Numbered from the stretch's first letter, positions 9,302 through 18,841 are shown. The stretch is 64,000 nt of DNA from Longimicrobiales bacterium (GCA_965229435.1 CBDDJE010000005.1:32628-96627), one strand, 5' to 3'. Program-made: numbers and translations. Notes: a model not told the origin generated them from the sequence alone.

Positions 9302-11002
9302 ATGACCTCGAGGCACCCCTTCGCCACTTCCCCGACCCAGCCTGCCCTCCATGCCCTGGCCGCACGGTGGCCCGTCGTTGGGCTCGTCTTCGCCGCGGTC
9401 CTGACGCTCGCGCCGCCGACGGAGGCCCAGGCACCGCCCGAGCTCGACGAGTGGAAGCGCCAACTCGTCGAGTCCATCGACGCCCGCCGGGAGCTCACCG
9501 CCGACATGGTGGATCAGATCTTCAGCTACGCGGAACTCGGCTTCCAGGAGTTCGAGACATCCCGCTACCTGGTCGACATGCTTCGGGCCAACGGCTTCCA
9601 GGTGGAAGAGGGCGTGGCGGGAATCCCCACGGCGTGGGTGGCCACGTGGGGCGATGGGGAGCCCAAAGTCTCGCTGGGGACGGACATCGACAACATCCCC
9701 AAGGCATCGCAGATGCCGGGCGTCGCCTGCCGCCTTCCCATGGTCGAGGGCGCACCGGGCCATGGTGAGGGCCACAACGCGGGGATGGCCGTGCAGATCA
9801 CGGCCGCCTTGGCGTTGAAGGACCTCATGGAGCGGGAAGACCTGCCGGGCACGATCCAGATCTGGCCGGGCGTGGCAGAAGAGCTGGTCGCCACCAAGGC
9901 CTACTACGTGCGGGAGGGTGTTTTCGACGACGTCGACATCGTTCTGTACGCCCATGTGGGCTCCAACCTCTCGACGGGCTGGGGCATCACGCCGGGTACC
10001 GGGCTGGTGTCGGCCATGTTCACCTTCGAGGGCTCGGCTGCCCACGCAGGGGGCGCGCCGTGGCGGGGGCGGAGCGCGGCCGACGCCGCCAACCTCATGG
10101 AGGTGGGGTGGAACTTCCGGCGGGAGCATCTTCGCACCCAGCATCGGTCCCATTCGGTGATCTACGACGGAGGCGATCAGCCCAATGTCGTCCCCTCCGA
10201 AGCGTCCGTCTGGTTCTACTTCCGGGAGAAGAACTACCCGCAGATCCGTGATCTCTTCGCCATCGGCGACTCGGTGGCCCGCGGCGCGGCCATGATGACG
10301 GGAACGACGCTGAAGGAGGTCCGCATCATCGGCTCCGCGTGGCCGGGCCACTTCAACCGTGTCATCGCCGAGACGATGTACGAGAACATCGAGTCCGTGG
10401 GACTACCCGAGTGGACGGCGGATGACCAGCGCTTCGCCCGTGCGGTGCAGCGGGAGGTAGCGGGTCCGGAAACGGGTCTGCCAACCCTGCTGGCTCCCCT
10501 TCGCGGTGGACTGACCGAGGAACAGAGAACGGCGGGCTACGCCGACGATATCGGCGACATCTCATGGAACGTGCCCACGGCGGTGCTGTCCTTCCCCTCC
10601 AACATCCCCGGCCTCCCCGGCCACAACTGGGCCAACGCCATCGCCATGGCGACACCCATCGCCCACCGAGGCGCCACGGCAGGGGCAAAGGCTCAGGCCA
10701 TGACGGCCTTGGACTTCCTGGTCCGCCCGGACCTGGTGGAGGCGGCGTGGGAGTACTTCGAAAAGGTCCAGACGGCGGACCTGGAGTACGAGGCCTTCAT
10801 TCGGCCCACCGACGAGCCTGCCATCGAAATGAATGCGGATCTCATGGAGGATTTCCGTGAAGAGATGCGGCCGTACTACTTCGACTCCGATCGCTACGGC
10901 TCGTACCTGGAGCAGCTCGGCGTGACGTATCCGACGTTGCGACAGCCTGACGGTCAGTGCCGGGTGGGCCCCATCAGCGAGGAGGACGGCGCGGGTCGGT
11001 AA
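9302..11002 (+). CDS. M20-family metallopeptidase/amidohydrolase, p-aminobenzoyl-glutamate hydrolase subunit B (AbgB)-like, secreted.
   Basis: Signal peptide (LAARWPVVGLVFAAVLTLAPPTEAQA). M20 dimetal signatures are present (HGEGHNAG, EE in ...GVAEELVATKAYY..., HAGGAPW). The length is typical of AbgB. Confidence 0.8.
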   Translation: MTSRHPFATSPTQPALHALAARWPVVGLVFAAVLTLAPPTEAQAPPELDEWKRQLVESIDARRELTADMVDQIFSYAELGFQEFETSRYLVDMLRANGFQVEEGVAGIPTAWVATWGDGEPKVSLGTDIDNIPKASQMPGVACRLPMVEGAPGHGEGHNAGMAVQITAALALKDLMEREDLPGTIQIWPGVAEELVATKAYYVREGVFDDVDIVLYAHVGSNLSTGWGITPGTGLVSAMFTFEGSAAHAGGAPWRGRSAADAANLMEVGWNFRREHLRTQHRSHSVIYDGGDQPNVVPSEASVWFYFREKNYPQIRDLFAIGDSVARGAAMMTGTTLKEVRIIGSAWPGHFNRVIAETMYENIESVGLPEWTADDQRFARAVQREVAGPETGLPTLLAPLRGGLTEEQRTAGYADDIGDISWNVPTAVLSFPSNIPGLPGHNWANAIAMATPIAHRGATAGAKAQAMTALDFLVRPDLVEAAWEYFEKVQTADLEYEAFIRPTDEPAIEMNADLMEDFREEMRPYYFDSDRYGSYLEQLGVTYPTLRQPDGQCRVGPISEEDGAGR

Positions 11003-11009
11003 ATGGCCG

Positions 11010-12344
11010 CTAGTTGAAGCCGCCGCCCCCGAATCCCCGGTCGAAGCGGTTGTTGACGACGTTGTTGTATATGGAGCCGAACTCGAAGCTAAGGCCGACG
11101 GAAAACTCGTAGCTGTAGCTCGTTGGCCGCTCGAATCGACCCAGGAGGATCTCCTCGTCGGTGAGCCCTTCTCGGGAGATGAAGATCTGGTCTTCCAAGA
11201 GCTCCAGGTCGCCCTCGATCTCGAGCTGGAGTCCCCGGATGAGCCGGATCTCCAGGTCGCCCCGGAGGGAAACGCTCCACTGGGAGAGGTCGTTGAGGAA
11301 CTGGCGTCCGTCGATGGACACCCGCGATTCTCCCCACGGCTGGAGCTGAAAGAGCTCCAGGCGCATGGCCTGCTGGGGACGCAGCTCCTCGGTCTCGAAG
11401 TAGATCGTTTCCTCTTCCCAGTCGAAGTAGGTCATGCCCACGTCGTAGCGGGCTGTCAGCGAGCGTCGAGGGGCTTCCTCGTACTCGAAGAAGCTGTACT
11501 CGAGGGAGATGGCACCGTCGGCGCCGAACTCCTGGTTGCGGCGGGTGGAAGCGCCCGCTCCGCCCAGGACCCCCAGCGACCAGTGGTCGGCTACGGCGTA
11601 CGCCATGAGGAGACCGGCATTCCAGTTGGTCCGGTCGTCGGTGATGCTCTCGCCGTCCTCGAGCTCGCGCTCGTCGCGGCTGAAGTTCCCGCGGACGTCC
11701 ACCTCCATCTTCCAGGCGTCGGTGGTCCGGCGGGCCTCGAATGATCCGCTCTGGCGCTGCGACTTCTCCGTCTCCTCACCCTCGAAGTCCAAGTCGGCGC
11801 TGACCTCGAAGACCCAGAAATTCCACGGGTCCTCCACCTGGCCGGGGCCCACCAGCAAGCCGGTTTCCTCCTCGCTAGCCCCCTCCACCGTGAATTCGAC
11901 GGGTTGCCCGATGAGCGACGAGTATCGTGCCAGCCCGGCACCGATGACGTTGGTGAGCCCCTGGAGGTTCTCCTGCTCGGTGTCGGTACTCCCCGAGGTG
12001 TAGGGAAGGACGTCGTCCTGGCCGTCGAGCTCCCGGAGGCCGACGAAGTCCAATGAGTACACCCGCCCACCGCCGCCCGTCTGGCTGCTGGTGATGATGA
12101 GGTGGATCTGCGCCAGTGTCCGGTCGCGGACCCAGTTCACGAAGTCGATCTCCGTGCGGAAGTAGTCCGAGTCGCAGTCTCGAGCCTGGCAGTCGAGGAA
12201 CACGGCCAGGCCGTCGGCGCGAATCTGACCGCCGGACTGTTGAGACGAGGACGGGCTCGGCGTCAGAGCCGCCGACACGATCGTGAGACAGGCGGCGGCG
12301 AGGCGTGCTCGAGTGAGGACGCGACGAATGGTGGTCGGCTCCAA
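11010..12344 (-). CDS. Hypothetical outer-membrane beta-barrel protein (444 aa).
   Basis: Signal peptide. Alternating amphipathic beta-strands rich in Y/F/W with acidic loops. C-terminus ...RFDRGFGGGGFN. Convergent with the peptidase gene, 8 nt apart. Confidence 0.55.
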   Translation of the reverse strand: MEPTTIRRVLTRARLAAACLTIVSAALTPSPSSSQQSGGQIRADGLAVFLDCQARDCDSDYFRTEIDFVNWVRDRTLAQIHLIITSSQTGGGGRVYSLDFVGLRELDGQDDVLPYTSGSTDTEQENLQGLTNVIGAGLARYSSLIGQPVEFTVEGASEEETGLLVGPGQVEDPWNFWVFEVSADLDFEGEETEKSQRQSGSFEARRTTDAWKMEVDVRGNFSRDERELEDGESITDDRTNWNAGLLMAYAVADHWSLGVLGGAGASTRRNQEFGADGAISLEYSFFEYEEAPRRSLTARYDVGMTYFDWEEETIYFETEELRPQQAMRLELFQLQPWGESRVSIDGRQFLNDLSQWSVSLRGDLEIRLIRGLQLEIEGDLELLEDQIFISREGLTDEEILLGRFERPTSYSYEFSVGLSFEFGSIYNNVVNNRFDRGFGGGGFN

Positions 12345-12466
12345 GGGCAGGTGGTCCGGAGTCGAGAGATGAGACGCAGCGGGGGCGAACGGTTCGAAGC
12401 CTAGACGTGGGTCCCCCCGGATTCGTTAAAGCGCCCGGCGACGGAGACCGCGCCGATGGTGGAGGC

Positions 12467-13195
12467 TCAACGCGGCAAACGACGTAGCCCTTCGGCTGCC
12501 GCTTCGTTTCCTCTCTCTGCGGCCTGGCCGTACCAGAACCGGGCCTGCTCCGCGCTCGCATCGACCCCCCATCCCCGTTCGAATGCCTCTCCCAGGCGGA
12601 GGGCAGGGATGGCGTCACCTGCCCGCGCCGCCCGCGACCACCACCGGATTGCTGCTGGCGGATTCTCGTCAACACCCCGGCCGTCCCGATACATGTTGCC
12701 GATGTTGTGGACCGCCAGGACGTGGCCACGACGTGCCGCGCGTCGATACCACCGCATGGCCTCGAGGTAGTCGACAGCCACACCCAGGCCCTCGTCGTAT
12801 GCCGTGCCCATGAGGAACGCCGCTTCCACGTCGCCGGCCGCGGCGAGGTCGCGAATGGTCGGGAGCAGTTCGGCGCCGAGGGCACGGGCCCGGGCCTCGT
12901 CACGGGGGAAGGTCATTCGGCCTCGGGAATGGACTCGCGCGATCCACATTCGGGCCAGGACGGCGCCTCGGTCCGCGGCCGCCCCTTCGAGGAGGCGCCG
13001 TGCTTCGTCGTCGTCCACCCGACCGGCGACTCCAGTGTACAGGTCGATGGCCCGGAGAAGGTCGGCGCTAGCCGTGGTCTCGACCCCGGCAGGGAGGCGA
13101 GTGGGCATCTGCGCCTCGGCGGCAACCGGTGTGGTGGCCATGGCGGTAGCGAGGAGGGTGGCAGAGAGGAGACTTCCCCGGAACGCGCGCCCCAC
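12467..13195 (-). CDS. Sel1-like repeat (SLR/TPR-like) protein, secreted.
   Basis: Signal peptide. Repeated G.A...LG.MY..G.GV..D...A..W(Y/F)..AA..G motifs (Sel1 repeats) occur three or four times. Confidence 0.75.
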   Translation of the reverse strand: MGRAFRGSLLSATLLATAMATTPVAAEAQMPTRLPAGVETTASADLLRAIDLYTGVAGRVDDDEARRLLEGAAADRGAVLARMWIARVHSRGRMTFPRDEARARALGAELLPTIRDLAAAGDVEAAFLMGTAYDEGLGVAVDYLEAMRWYRRAARRGHVLAVHNIGNMYRDGRGVDENPPAAIRWWSRAARAGDAIPALRLGEAFERGWGVDASAEQARFWYGQAAERGNEAAAEGLRRLPR

Positions 13196-13197
13196 GG

Positions 13198-14439
13198 TCA
13201 GCGATCCACGCCCACGGACTGCGGCCCGATGTCCGCCAACGAGGGCGTTCCCGTGGCTCGCATGGCGATCTCCAACTCCCGGGTCAGGATCTGCAGCGCT
13301 CTTTCGACACCCTCCTGGCCGAACGCACCCAGACCCCAGAGGTAGGGGCGTCCTACCGCCACCGCGGTAGCGCCACGGGCGATCCCCTTGAAGAGATCCG
13401 TTCCACGGCGGAAGCCGCTGTCGACGATGACCGGCATTCGCCCCCCTACCGCTTCCGCCACCTCCGGGAGCGCGTCGATGGTGGCCCGTCCGTCGCCCTC
13501 GGCGCGCCCTCCGTGGTTGGACACCCAGACCGCATCGATTCCGTGACGGACGGCGAGGTGGGCATCCTCGGCGGTGACCAGCCCCTTCACGATGATCTTC
13601 TGGTCGGTGATGTCCCGCAGCCGACCGATGTAGTCCCAGGTCATCGCCGACCCCGCCGACCCGTCGGGTGCTCCCCGAGGGAGGCCCCGGAGCATGGGCT
13701 TCACGGGGTCGGCTCGCCCGCCCGCTCGATGGCAGCTCGCACAGTCACGGTCGTCGGCGCGGCGGTAGCGCTCGAGCGTCAGTCGGTTCCCGGTGCCACC
13801 TGTGAGGTCGACGGTGAGGACGAGGACCGGGCACCCGGCGTCGACCGTCCGCTGGACCAGGGCGACGTTGCTCTCCCAGTTCGACCGGGCGTAGAGCTGG
13901 TACCAGACGGGCTCGCCCCGAGCCTCGTTGACCTCCTCCACCGCCGTGGAGCTCACCGTGGAGAGAGTCTGGAGGTGATTCCGAGCCGCGGCCGCCCTCG
14001 CCGTGGCGAGCTCCCCATCCGCGTGGAACGCCCGCTGACTCCCGCACGGCGCCACCAAGAGGGGGGTGGGCCACTCCCGGCCGAACAGGTTCACCGCCGT
14101 GTCGAGCTCGGAAACGTCTACCAGACGGCGGGCGCGGAGGTACATCCGCTGGAGGGCCGCTCGATTGTTCTCGTAGGTCTCCTCGCCGTCCACGCCCGTC
14201 ATGATGTAGCCATAGTGGGCAGTGGGAACCTTCTCAGCGGCGACTCGCTGGAGGTCGAAGATGTCCAGCGCCTGCGATGCCGAGTCCACCAGATCGTCGA
14301 AGGTCCGCCGTGGCGCCTCCTGGGCGATGACGGGCTCGAGACCCGCGAGTCCACCGGCCGAAGCCAGGAGAGGGCTGGCGGCCAGCCAGCGGAGGAAGTC
14401 GCGGCGACGAACGTCCCTGCGGATCTCGGGCAGCGGCAT
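13198..14439 (-). CDS. Tat-exported FMN-dependent alpha-hydroxy-acid dehydrogenase/oxidase family protein (LldD/glycolate oxidase/MftD-like).
   Basis: The twin-arginine motif RRRDFLRW plus hydrophobic segment precedes a TIM-barrel FMN enzyme with its signatures (WYQLY, VSNHGGR, VDSGFRRGTDLFKGIARGA). A variable-loop insertion contains CASCH (CxxCH). The gene sits 3 nt upstream of the Sel1 gene. Confidence 0.8.
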   Translation of the reverse strand: MPLPEIRRDVRRRDFLRWLAASPLLASAGGLAGLEPVIAQEAPRRTFDDLVDSASQALDIFDLQRVAAEKVPTAHYGYIMTGVDGEETYENNRAALQRMYLRARRLVDVSELDTAVNLFGREWPTPLLVAPCGSQRAFHADGELATARAAAARNHLQTLSTVSSTAVEEVNEARGEPVWYQLYARSNWESNVALVQRTVDAGCPVLVLTVDLTGGTGNRLTLERYRRADDRDCASCHRAGGRADPVKPMLRGLPRGAPDGSAGSAMTWDYIGRLRDITDQKIIVKGLVTAEDAHLAVRHGIDAVWVSNHGGRAEGDGRATIDALPEVAEAVGGRMPVIVDSGFRRGTDLFKGIARGATAVAVGRPYLWGLGAFGQEGVERALQILTRELEIAMRATGTPSLADIGPQSVGVDR

Positions 14440-14795
14440 CGATGACTCCGGGTGATGGATGTCGGTGGAGCCGCAGGGTGCGACCGGCCACCGTCCGGCG
14501 TCAACCGCCGGCCCCGCCACAGCGCTCATTCATGTCGGCAAGGCGACACTTTCGGTGCCGAAGATATCGAGGTGCCCCGTGTGGCACACAATATGCAAAG
14601 TTTAAGCTATTGAATATTGGACCGACAGTCGGAGTACGGGGCCGCGATCCCCGGCAAGCACGTTGGAGGCTGGTAGATGACGATGATACTGTTGGTCCCC
14701 GTATGGCTCATGACCGGGCTCGCGGCCTGGACGACCTTCATCCTTCTCGGCTTGCGGTTCGAGCCTGCGGCGGAGTCCTCGGTGCTGACCGAGGT

Positions 14796-15494
14796 CTACG
14801 TGAGGGCCTCGATGACGTCGCTTGCCGTCCTCACGTCGGGCCGAGCGCTGAGGAACTGAGCCACCACGCCGGTGGCGTTGGCCACGGCGAAGCTGATCCC
14901 GTTGAAGTTCCGCTCCGGCGGGACGCCGGGTATCGGGCGCGGGTAGGGTGAAGCCCGTAGAACGGGTCCCCTGGCCCCATGGACCACCGTGACGCCGTCA
15001 CGATCCGCCTCGGCATCCATCACCACGCCCACCACGCCGGGCAAGGACCCCGGATACCAGAGTTGGCCGTCGTGCTCGGCGGCCGAGACAATGATCGTCC
15101 CCGCCTCCACCGCCGCCTCGATGGCCGGTGCCAGTTCGATCTTCCGGAAGTCGTTGGGCGTTCCCAGGCTCAGATTCACCAGCCGCATCTTTCTGTCGAC
15201 GGCCCACCGAATGGCCGCGACGAGGTTGGCCACGGTGGTTGCCAGTCGTTTGTCGAAGACCTTCACCGCCCACAACTCGGCTGAAGGAGCCTTCTCGTGG
15301 ATGGCGGCCGCGGCAGCCGTCCCGTGGCCGAGGCGGTCCACGTAGTCGTCGGACTCCACGCCCTCCAGATCGATGCTCACGCCGCCGGCAATCCCCGGCA
15401 GATGGGGGTGGGGGACGTTCACGCCGCTGTCGACGACGGCGACGGTGATGATGTCGGTCGGGCCGGAAACTCCGGCCGCCTCTCCCGGGACCAT
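14796..15494 (-). CDS. qhpE: Subtilisin-like serine peptidase QhpE, the leader peptidase for QhpC.
   Basis: Compact S8 fold (232 aa) with Asp (VVDSGVN), His (GHGTAAA) and Ser (NGISFA) motifs. The start shares a nucleotide with the qhpF stop. It lies in the qhp gene context. Confidence 0.75.
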   Translation of the reverse strand: MVPGEAAGVSGPTDIITVAVVDSGVNVPHPHLPGIAGGVSIDLEGVESDDYVDRLGHGTAAAAAIHEKAPSAELWAVKVFDKRLATTVANLVAAIRWAVDRKMRLVNLSLGTPNDFRKIELAPAIEAAVEAGTIIVSAAEHDGQLWYPGSLPGVVGVVMDAEADRDGVTVVHGARGPVLRASPYPRPIPGVPPERNFNGISFAVANATGVVAQFLSARPDVRTASDVIEALT

Positions 15495-17227
15495 CAGCCC
15501 TTCATCACATCGATGAAGAGGTCGCGGAACGCTCGACTCCGCTCCTCGAGGTCCCGGGGCGTACCATCCTCCTCGATGCGTCCGCCCGCGAGGACGACGA
15601 TCCGCTCCGCATGCCGGGCGAGATCCAGACGGTGAGTGATGAGGACGGTGGTCCGACCCCGCTGCAGCCGCTCATAACCCTGGAGGACCCCCGCCTCCGA
15701 CGACGGATCGAGAGCCCCGGTGGCTTCGTCCATGATCAGTACCGCCGGATCGGCGAGAAACGCGCGGGCGATGGCCAGTCTTTGACGCTCCCCTGCGGAC
15801 AGCTGTCGGCCACGTTCTCCCACGACGGTATCCGCACCTTCGGGCATGGACGCGACAAGGGCGTCGAGGCCGGCAGCGGAGAGTGCCTCGGCCACTTCGG
15901 CGTCCGTGGCTTCGGGGCGGGCATAACGCACGTTCTCCGCGACGGACGTATGGAAGATGAAGGGGGCCTGCTCGACGACGGTGACGTGGCGTCGCACGTC
16001 GTCCAAGCTCAGCCCCTTGAGGTCTTTGCCGTCCAGCAGGACCCGACCCTCGTCGGGGTCCACCTGACGCCCCAGAAGGTCCGCGATGGTGGACTTGCCG
16101 CTCCCGCTCGCTCCCACGATGGCTACCGTCTCACCGGCCTCGATGGTCAGATCGATGCCCTGGAGGCCTTCGTTGCCCCTGCCGAAGTCGAGATGGACGC
16201 CTTCGAGCTCGACTCGTCCACGACACTCGGAGAGCCTGACGGGGGAGAGGGACTCCACGACTTCCGGGGGCGTATCCAGTAACGTCTGGACACGGACCAG
16301 CGAGGCTCTTGCCGTGGCCAGGTTCGTGTAGATCCCCATGAGGCCCTGGATGGGGCCCATGAGCCGACTCTGGTAGGCCATGAACGCCACCAGCGTGCCG
16401 AAGGTCATGAGGCCGTTGATGACGCGGTAGCCTCCGTACACGAAGACGACCCCCGTCCCGGCGGACAGGAGAAGTCCGGGCAGCCCGCCCGCGAGGTACG
16501 TGAAGAGCCTCATGGAGAGGAGGGCGTCGACGAAGGAGTCGTTGCGACCCCGGAACCTCTCGATCTCCCGCCCCTGGGCGTTGGAGCCCACCACCGTCCG
16601 CATCCCCTGGATGCTCTCGATGAGAAAGGTGCCGATGTCGGCGCTCCGCTCCCGGAGCACGCGTACCCGATCCTCGAGTTGACGCCGATAGCGCATGAGG
16701 GCCCACAGCGAAGGCGGCAGCGTGGCGAGCCCCACGATGAAGAGCCGCCAGTCCAAGTACACGAGCATGGCGACGGTGCCGACGACGGCCACCACCTGGC
16801 CGAACCACGAGAGGGCGGCCTCGGCCGTGACGCGCTGGATCTCGCTGATGTCGCCGTTGATGCGCGAGACGATGTCACCAAGGGGGGTGCGGGCGTAGAA
16901 ACGGGGGGAGAGTCGCTGGAGATGGCCGTACAGCTCCAGGCGCATGTCGAAGAGGATGTCCGCCGAGACCTTGGTGTACCGCATGCCGCTGACGACGTTG
17001 AGCCCGAAGGCGATGACCGTTAGGCCGACGAAGACGGCGACGAGGATCAGGAGGAGTCGGAAATCTCCGCCGAGGACGGCGTCGTCGACGATGAGCTTCG
17101 ACAGATACGGCAAGACCAGCCCGAGAGCCGTACCCAGGAGGGACAGGACGACGACGGGGACGAGGGCGCCGATGTACGGACGGACGTAGCCCAGGGCACG
17201 GCGAAAATGCGGATCGAGTAGTGTCAT
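15494..17227 (-). CDS. qhpF: ABC transporter, fused permease plus ATPase (peptide-exporter type), QhpF.
   Basis: Six TM segments at the N-terminus. Walker A (GASGSGKST), ABC signature (LSAGERQRLAIARA) and Walker B (LIMDEATGALD) are all present. It lies in the qhp gene context. Confidence 0.8.
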   Translation of the reverse strand: MTLLDPHFRRALGYVRPYIGALVPVVVLSLLGTALGLVLPYLSKLIVDDAVLGGDFRLLLILVAVFVGLTVIAFGLNVVSGMRYTKVSADILFDMRLELYGHLQRLSPRFYARTPLGDIVSRINGDISEIQRVTAEAALSWFGQVVAVVGTVAMLVYLDWRLFIVGLATLPPSLWALMRYRRQLEDRVRVLRERSADIGTFLIESIQGMRTVVGSNAQGREIERFRGRNDSFVDALLSMRLFTYLAGGLPGLLLSAGTGVVFVYGGYRVINGLMTFGTLVAFMAYQSRLMGPIQGLMGIYTNLATARASLVRVQTLLDTPPEVVESLSPVRLSECRGRVELEGVHLDFGRGNEGLQGIDLTIEAGETVAIVGASGSGKSTIADLLGRQVDPDEGRVLLDGKDLKGLSLDDVRRHVTVVEQAPFIFHTSVAENVRYARPEATDAEVAEALSAAGLDALVASMPEGADTVVGERGRQLSAGERQRLAIARAFLADPAVLIMDEATGALDPSSEAGVLQGYERLQRGRTTVLITHRLDLARHAERIVVLAGGRIEEDGTPRDLEERSRAFRDLFIDVMKG

Positions 17228-17278
17228 GTCAGCGACTGCTACTCGCCGACCGCGTCGACGTTCGGTACGTGACGGCGG

Positions 17279-18370
17279 CTACCGGTCCCCGGGCACGATG
17301 GCGACGCCCAACATGTCCTCGTCGAAGGTCACCGTCCGCATGAGCTCGAAGGTGTCGACGTCATACACGTCGATGGTGTTGCCGGCCCGGAAGATGAAGA
17401 GCCGCTCGCCGTCGGCACTCACATGCAGACTCATGCGGGGACGGCCCTCGAAGGGCTGCTTGCGCGCGACGCGGCGGCCGTCGAGGTCGAACTCCCAGAA
17501 CTCGTAGCGGCCGATCTCGGTGTACAGCGCGTACGCCTTGGTCCGGTCGGGCGACAGGGTGAATGAACCGACCGGCTCCGATGGCCCCAGGGTGTAGAAC
17601 TCCACCTCCTGATCTGCCAGCCGCACCTCGGCGATTCCCATCATCGATCGGTTCTGGATGGGGTCGCGCATGCGGTACAGGCCCGTGGCGACCCCGTTGG
17701 CGTCGTACGTCCCCGGCACCACACCGAAGCTGGAACGGCCCAGGCCCGGCTCCAGGGGTTGGGAGATCTCCCAACGGTCGATCTCCTCATAGCTGTCCGC
17801 GTCGACGGCGATGATGTCCTCGACGAAGAAGTAGAGGGTCTCGCCGTCGGGCGAGTAACGCATGCCCACGCCTCGGTCCCGGGCTTCGTCGTCGGGCCAT
17901 GGGATGGTGTCGGTGACCTGCTCGGTCGTCAGGTCGTACTCCAGGATGAAGGGTCCTTCCACGCTGTAGCGATCGATGTGTTTCGTGTAGCGCTTCACGG
18001 TGAGGAGCACGCGCTCATTGGACGGGTGGGGTGCGACGCCGTTGATGCGGACCGTCACGCTGTCCTGCGAGAGGGTGATCTCCTGGATGGGCTCGCCCGC
18101 AGCCAGATCGACGATCTCCATGCGCTGCCCTGAGGCCTCGCTCACGTAGAGCCTGGACCGATCTTCACTCACCTGGACGCCGGTGGGGATGAAGTTGTTC
18201 ATGGTGATCCGGTCCACCACTTCTTCGCTCGCCTCGTCCCACACCAGGAGGTCGTTGGTGTACGTGGCGATGTACCAGGTGGCCGTTTGACCCGAGGCGG
18301 AGGCAGGCAACAAAGCCACCCCCGAGACGAGGACGGTGAGGGTCGCGGCTACGGCGAGGAGGCGATTCAT
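17279..18370 (-). CDS. qhpB: QHNDH beta subunit (seven-bladed beta-propeller), QhpB.
   Basis: Signal peptide. The repeated-blade beta-rich sequence has a length and position consistent with QhpB, between qhpC and qhpF. Confidence 0.7.
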   Translation of the reverse strand: MNRLLAVAATLTVLVSGVALLPASASGQTATWYIATYTNDLLVWDEASEEVVDRITMNNFIPTGVQVSEDRSRLYVSEASGQRMEIVDLAAGEPIQEITLSQDSVTVRINGVAPHPSNERVLLTVKRYTKHIDRYSVEGPFILEYDLTTEQVTDTIPWPDDEARDRGVGMRYSPDGETLYFFVEDIIAVDADSYEEIDRWEISQPLEPGLGRSSFGVVPGTYDANGVATGLYRMRDPIQNRSMMGIAEVRLADQEVEFYTLGPSEPVGSFTLSPDRTKAYALYTEIGRYEFWEFDLDGRRVARKQPFEGRPRMSLHVSADGERLFIFRAGNTIDVYDVDTFELMRTVTFDEDMLGVAIVPGDR

Positions 18371-18454
18371 CGGGCTGAGCGTCGTCGTCGTTCCAGGGGG
18401 TAGTCGATCCAGGGCGGAGTCGATCCGAGCGAGGTCGATCCTGAGGGAAGCGAT

Positions 18455-18841
18455 CTAGGGGAAGATGAGGTCGAGCTTGCGCCAGTCCTTCTGGGCCGAG
18501 GCGCACTTGCCGGTCCAGTCCTGCGCGTGGTTGAGCTGGTCGGGGACGTGGGCCGGCCAGAAGCACGAGAGGTGGCAGTCGAAGATGTCGCGCTCCACGG
18601 GCTGGCAGAGGCCGGCGGTCCCGCCCTGGTTGTCCACTTCCCATCCGGGTGCGAAGACGAGAGAGCATCCCAGGGGGAAGTGGGGCCCGTTCTCCTCGTG
18701 AGGGGGCGTGCGGAGACCCACGACATCCATGTCGTCATGAGCGTCCGTATCGCCGGCCTTCCTGGCGTCCAGTGCCCCTTCGTGCTCGACCCACGCCTGG
18801 ATGCGGGCCGCCTTCTGATTGATTGGCTTGAGGTGTTTCAT
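18455..18841 (-). CDS. qhpC: QHNDH gamma-subunit precursor QhpC (leader peptide plus Cys/Trp-rich core that gets thioether cross-links and the cysteine tryptophylquinone cofactor).
   Basis: Core ...GCSLVFAPGWEVDNQGGTAGLCQPVERDIFDCHLSCFWPAHVPDQ...DWRKLDLIFP. My recollection is that this matches conserved QhpC blocks (GWEVD, LCQP.E, C.WPA.V, DWRKL..FP). The ATG overlaps the qhpD stop (ATGA). An alternative internal start is at 18730. Confidence 0.8.
   Translation of the reverse strand: MKHLKPINQKAARIQAWVEHEGALDARKAGDTDAHDDMDVVGLRTPPHEENGPHFPLGCSLVFAPGWEVDNQGGTAGLCQPVERDIFDCHLSCFWPAHVPDQLNHAQDWTGKCASAQKDWRKLDLIFP

Noticed and set aside
8522-10351. 609-aa ORF on the minus strand spanning the AbgB-like gene
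   Set aside because: Only the 3' 196 codons (8522-9112) look protein-like, with a signal peptide and glycine zippers. The remainder is RG/HP-rich antisense translation of the real plus-strand M20 peptidase gene.
14560-14640. AT-rich segment with TGTG-N3-CACA palindrome between qhpE and the flavoenzyme gene
   Set aside because: It is probably just the promoter region for the downstream flavoenzyme/Sel1 operon. The palindrome is too short and does not match CRP/FNR spacing (TGTGA-N6-TCACA). I record it only as the likely promoter location.
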